DNA from: Octopus bimaculoides
Taxonomy: Eukaryota
DNA length: 36,651 bases
NCBI RefSeq assembly: GCF_001194135.2
Contig: NC_068993.1
Location: forward strand, 40,821,425 to 40,858,075
Direction of reading: 5' to 3'
Shown here: piece by piece, positions 32,543 to 36,651 of the stretch
Numbering within the stretch: position 1 is the first letter of the stretch
How the letters are laid out: each line of letters opens with the position of its first letter
Made by a program: the position numbers and the translations under genes
Notes under the pieces: model-generated
What the model was told of the DNA's origin: nothing
Databases searched by the model: none
What the model saw: only the letters and a program-made list of their open reading frames with translations

Positions 32543-33080
32543 GATGGTTAAACGATATTAGAAATGGACGATGTTATATCTAATATGAGGGATTTCAAGA
32601 GATAACAGCTTTATTGTTAGATATTGGAGGTATCAAGAGATAACAAATGTTATCTGAGATAAACGAGATATCTGAAATAATAGATGTTATCATGTGAGAT
32701 ACAAAAGATATTCAAAGTGACAGATTTAACGTTTGATATAGAAGAGATATCAGAGATGATGATAAAAGATATCATCAGAAAGAGTTTGTTATATTAGATA
32801 CTGAAGATATCAAATGTGGCAGATGTTATGCTTGATATAAAAGGTATCATAAAGTATAGATGTAATGTCAGATATAGAAGATATCACACATGATTAGTTT
32901 GATAGAGAAGATATCAAAGGTGGTATGTATAATATTGTATATATATATTTTTTTTAATGTCAGAAACGACATATTGTTTGAGATTGAAGAGATCAGAAAT
33001 TATACAATGACACATGCAATGTTAGATAGAGATGTAACCTGTGATGATATGAAAAATATCTGCATGTATTATTAGATACA
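32543..33080. repeat. Cryptic GATA-rich tandem array, period about 37-38 bp
   Basis: GATGTTA-like anchors at 32570, 32608, 32646, 32683, 32723, ~32785, 32822 and 32859; CAAGAGATAACA at 32596 and 32634. Confidence 0.7.
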
Positions 33081-33088
33081 GAATAAAA

Positions 33089-33207
33089 ATGGTGAGTTGG
33101 CAGAATTGTTGTTAGTATGCTAGACAAAATGCTTTGTAGTATTTCATCCATCATTATGTTCAAAATTCAAATTCTGCCAAGGTGGACTTTGCTTTACGCC
33201 TTTTCAT
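33089..33207 (+). mobile_element. Family A SINE, 5' fragment
   Basis: GGTGAGTTGGCAGAATTG...TTCAAATTCTGCCAAGGTGGACTTTGCTTT. Confidence 0.65.
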
Positions 33208-33448
33208 GGTCACGGTGTATATGAACGAGTGTATGTGTTTGCATGTACACTTACACTGCTCTATAATGCTATTAAATAAAAATTACCATTCCACAAAACA
33301 TCTCTGCCATATCACAGATAGCAAGTCTGTGATGTGTATAACAGTAGACAGGCAGAATGTGTGTTCCAGACAACTTGGAATATCATTTGTGAAGCTCTGC
33401 TAGTATTACCTGCCGCTCAGGTAGCTGTTGCCACTATTACCATTTTTA

Positions 33449-33683
33449 AAGGTAGCAAGCTGGCAGAATCGTTAGCACGCTGGGTGAAATGCTAAGCGGT
33501 ATTTTGCCCATCGTGACGTTTTGAGTTCAAATTCCACCAAGGTCAACTTTGCCTTTCATCCTTTCAGGGGATCAATAAATTAAGTACCAGTTGTGTACTG
33601 GGGTTTATGTAATCGACTTAACCCCTCCCCGCAAAATTTCAGGCCTTGTGCCTATGGTAGAAAGGATTATTATTATTATTATT
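33449..33683 (+). mobile_element. Family A SINE, full length
   Basis: GGTAGCAAGCTGGCAGAATCGTTAGCAC...GAGTTCAAATTCC...GTAGAAAGG(ATT)n. Confidence 0.9.
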
Positions 33684-33903
33684 AAGGTGGCAAACTGGTA
33701 AATCATTCGCATGCTGGGCGAAATGCTTAGCGGTATTTTGCCTGTCGCAACCTTTTGAGTTCAAATTCCGCTGAGGTCAACTTTGCCTTTCATTCTTTCA
33801 GGGTCAATAAATTAAGTACCAGTTGTGTACTGGGGTTGATGTAATCGACTTCATCCCTCCCTGCAAAATTTCAGGCCTTGTGCTTATAGTAGAAAGGATT
33901 ATT
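33684..33903 (+). mobile_element. Family A SINE, full length, directly after the tail of the previous copy
   Basis: AAGGTGGCAAACTGG...GAGTTCAAATTCC...GTAGAAAGGATTATT. Confidence 0.9.
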
Positions 33904-34205
33904 GTCACTGTTGTTTTTGTTGTTGTTGTTCCCTAAGCATAAAGGTCACCAGTCACCACTTGTTGTTGTTATTGTTGCCATACCAACAACATTGATTTGG
34001 ATTTAAATGTTTCATAAGAAAAATGTTTTTAATATTTCTTGCTGTGATGGGATGAATCTATATTTTTAGACACTTCTTCTTCTTCTTCTTCTTCATCTTC
34101 TTTCTTCTTCTACTTGCTGCTGCTGCTGCTGTTGTTTTAGCATAGCTCCTAGCACACAAGCAAGCAAGAGTTTCTTCTATGATCTGTGTTTTCTCTTTGA
34201 CCTAC

Positions 34206-34426
34206 CGAAACTCTTTGAGACAGACGATATTCTTGCTGTCAGTTTGTGAGCAAGCATGTTCGTACGTCCATGAGTTGGCTTCTGGTAACTCGGCTGCATA
34301 CTTTGGTAGGTTTTGTTTATTCAGCAGAAAAACAACGCCTAAAACAGTCAAAACTATACTGTTGAGAACTACAGATCCTACACTGCAGTCGGTTGTATGT
34401 TTGACCAGAGGTTAGGAATTCCATTC
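34206..34426 (-). CDS. Candidate exon of an unidentified gene
   Basis: Acceptor TTTTGCCGTTCTTTCTCGCAG| (exon from 34426) and donor CG|GTAGGT (exon end 34206). One frame is open for 69 codons after an early stop: PLVKHTTDCSVGSVVLNSIVLTVLGVVFLLNKQNLPKYAAELPEANSWTYEHACSQTDSKNIVCLKEF(R). No family recognised. Confidence 0.3.
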
Positions 34427-34853
34427 CTGCGAGAAAGAACGGCAAAACATATAGCACTCTTTTTCTTTCTTGTTCATTCTCTCTCTCTTTATTTCTTTGT
34501 TTTTCTCTCACTCTCTCTCTGCTTCACTTTATTTATTTATCTATCTATCTACCTATCTATCTATCTATCTATCTCCCTTGCTCTTTCTTTCTCTCTTTCT
34601 CTCTCTATCTCACCCACACTCACAGGCATGCACATGCACACATATAACACATCCTAATAAACTTATTTGCATATACATTAGCATATATGTATGTATATAC
34701 ATACACATGCGCATTCGCATATATACTAATGCTACAACACTTTCCAAAATGTGTATGGGTACTTACATACACATACATACACACACATATAATTGTGTGT
34801 ACGTGTATATATGTGCTTACACACACACACACACGTACATACAATGCTCTGCT

Positions 34854-34888
<35 letters not shown>

Positions 34889-34969
34889 CTTAACTTTTAG
34901 TTCAAAAGAAAAATAAGAAGGAAAATAGAAGTTCAAAGTGAAAAGGCATTGATGTAGTTAACAGTACTG

Positions 34970-35847
34970 CTACTCTTGTTGTTGTTGTGATGGTGGTGGC
35001 GGTGGTCGTGGCTGTCGTCATCGTCGTCATCACAGTTGCATCATTTATTGTGGTGTTGGTGGTTGTGATTGTTGTGTTTTTTTTTGTATTTATTGTAGTT
35101 GTTGCTGTGGCATCAACCTCATGATGGTGGTGGTGGTGGTGGCGGTGGTGGTCTTGGTGGCGGCAGCAGTACTGGCAGTGACAGTGGTGGTCATGGCACT
35201 GTTGATGATGATGATTTGATCAGGATGATGATGATGTGATAGTGGTGGTGGTGGTGGTGAATTTGTTAATGATGATGAGGAGGAGGAGGAGGAGGATTCT
35301 CTTCATCATCATCATCATTGTCATTCTGGTCACTGTTGATATCATCATTGTAGTCATCATCACCATCATTGTCTGCATCAGTCTTCACTGTTGCCACCAT
35401 TACCACGTTCACCTATATTGTTATCTTCATCACCTCACCTCCATCGTCAGCGTTGTCATCATAATCATCACCAGTATCCTCACCATCACCACCTCCACAG
35501 TTTTCGTCTGCACCATCGTCATCGTCATCGTCATCATCAGCAGCAGCGTCAGCGGCAGCACTGCTTTCATTACCATGATGATTACTATCATCACCACCAC
35601 TATTGTCATTATCATCATCATCATGATCGTCATCAGCAGCACCAACTCCATTACCATGACAACTGCTATCATCACCACCACTATTGTCATCAACATCATC
35701 ATCACCACCACTATTGTCATCAACATCATCATCACCACCATCATCATCACCATCATCATCATCATCACCATCATCATCACCACCATCATCACCATCATCA
35801 TCATCACCATCATCACCATCATCACCATCATCATCACCATCATCACT
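34970..35847. repeat. Long mosaic triplet tract: (GGT/GAT/GTT)n switching to (CAT/CAC)n
   Basis: Directly visible; source of the poly-His, poly-Met and poly-Ile ORFs in the track. Confidence 0.9.
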
Positions 35848-35929
35848 TAGTGTAGTTATGTTTTCTTTTGCCTGTGGCTAGTCCCATGATCCTTCAGTAA
35901 AAAAAATGAACAAACACACACACTGCTAA

Positions 35930-36651
<722 letters not shown>

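Noticed and set aside
35391-35855. Poly-His ORF (154 aa), and similar poly-Thr/Val/Ile ORFs at 6.7-7.2, 14.8-15.4 and 24.6-25.2 kb
   Set aside because: Overlapping frames on both strands are open because of the triplet register; there is no splice or composition evidence for coding.

Overview
Eukaryotic, AT-rich, repeat-saturated draft-assembly sequence with seven N gaps. The repeat families look like those of Octopus; this is from memory of the motifs, not from a search. No protein-coding gene can be called with confidence, and essentially all ORFs in the supplied track are artefacts of microsatellites, triplet tracts, repeats or N runs. The window reads as a long intron or intergenic region. 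It is built from four recurring retroelement families, labelled here: A, C and D are tRNA-head SINEs, and B is the 3' end of a LINE-like element with a (GAT)n tail. It also holds a recognisable mariner transposase fossil, TTAA-flanked piggyBac-like MITEs, and many di- and trinucleotide tracts. The most notable non-routine signals are: (i) a textbook recursive-splice (AG|GTAAG) site at 119/120, followed by a stop-filled 133-nt cryptic exon that contains a hairpin; (ii) a 366-bp near-perfect foldback at 19.2-19.6 kb whose mismatches are mostly G:U-compatible on the + strand; (iii) close inverted retroelement pairs that would form long dsRNA, relevant to cephalopod A-to-I editing; (iv) a variable-copy 65-67-bp array inside family B; (v) cryptic 30-bp and ~38-bp tandem arrays; (vi) one exon-like segment on the - strand at 34.2-34.4 kb.
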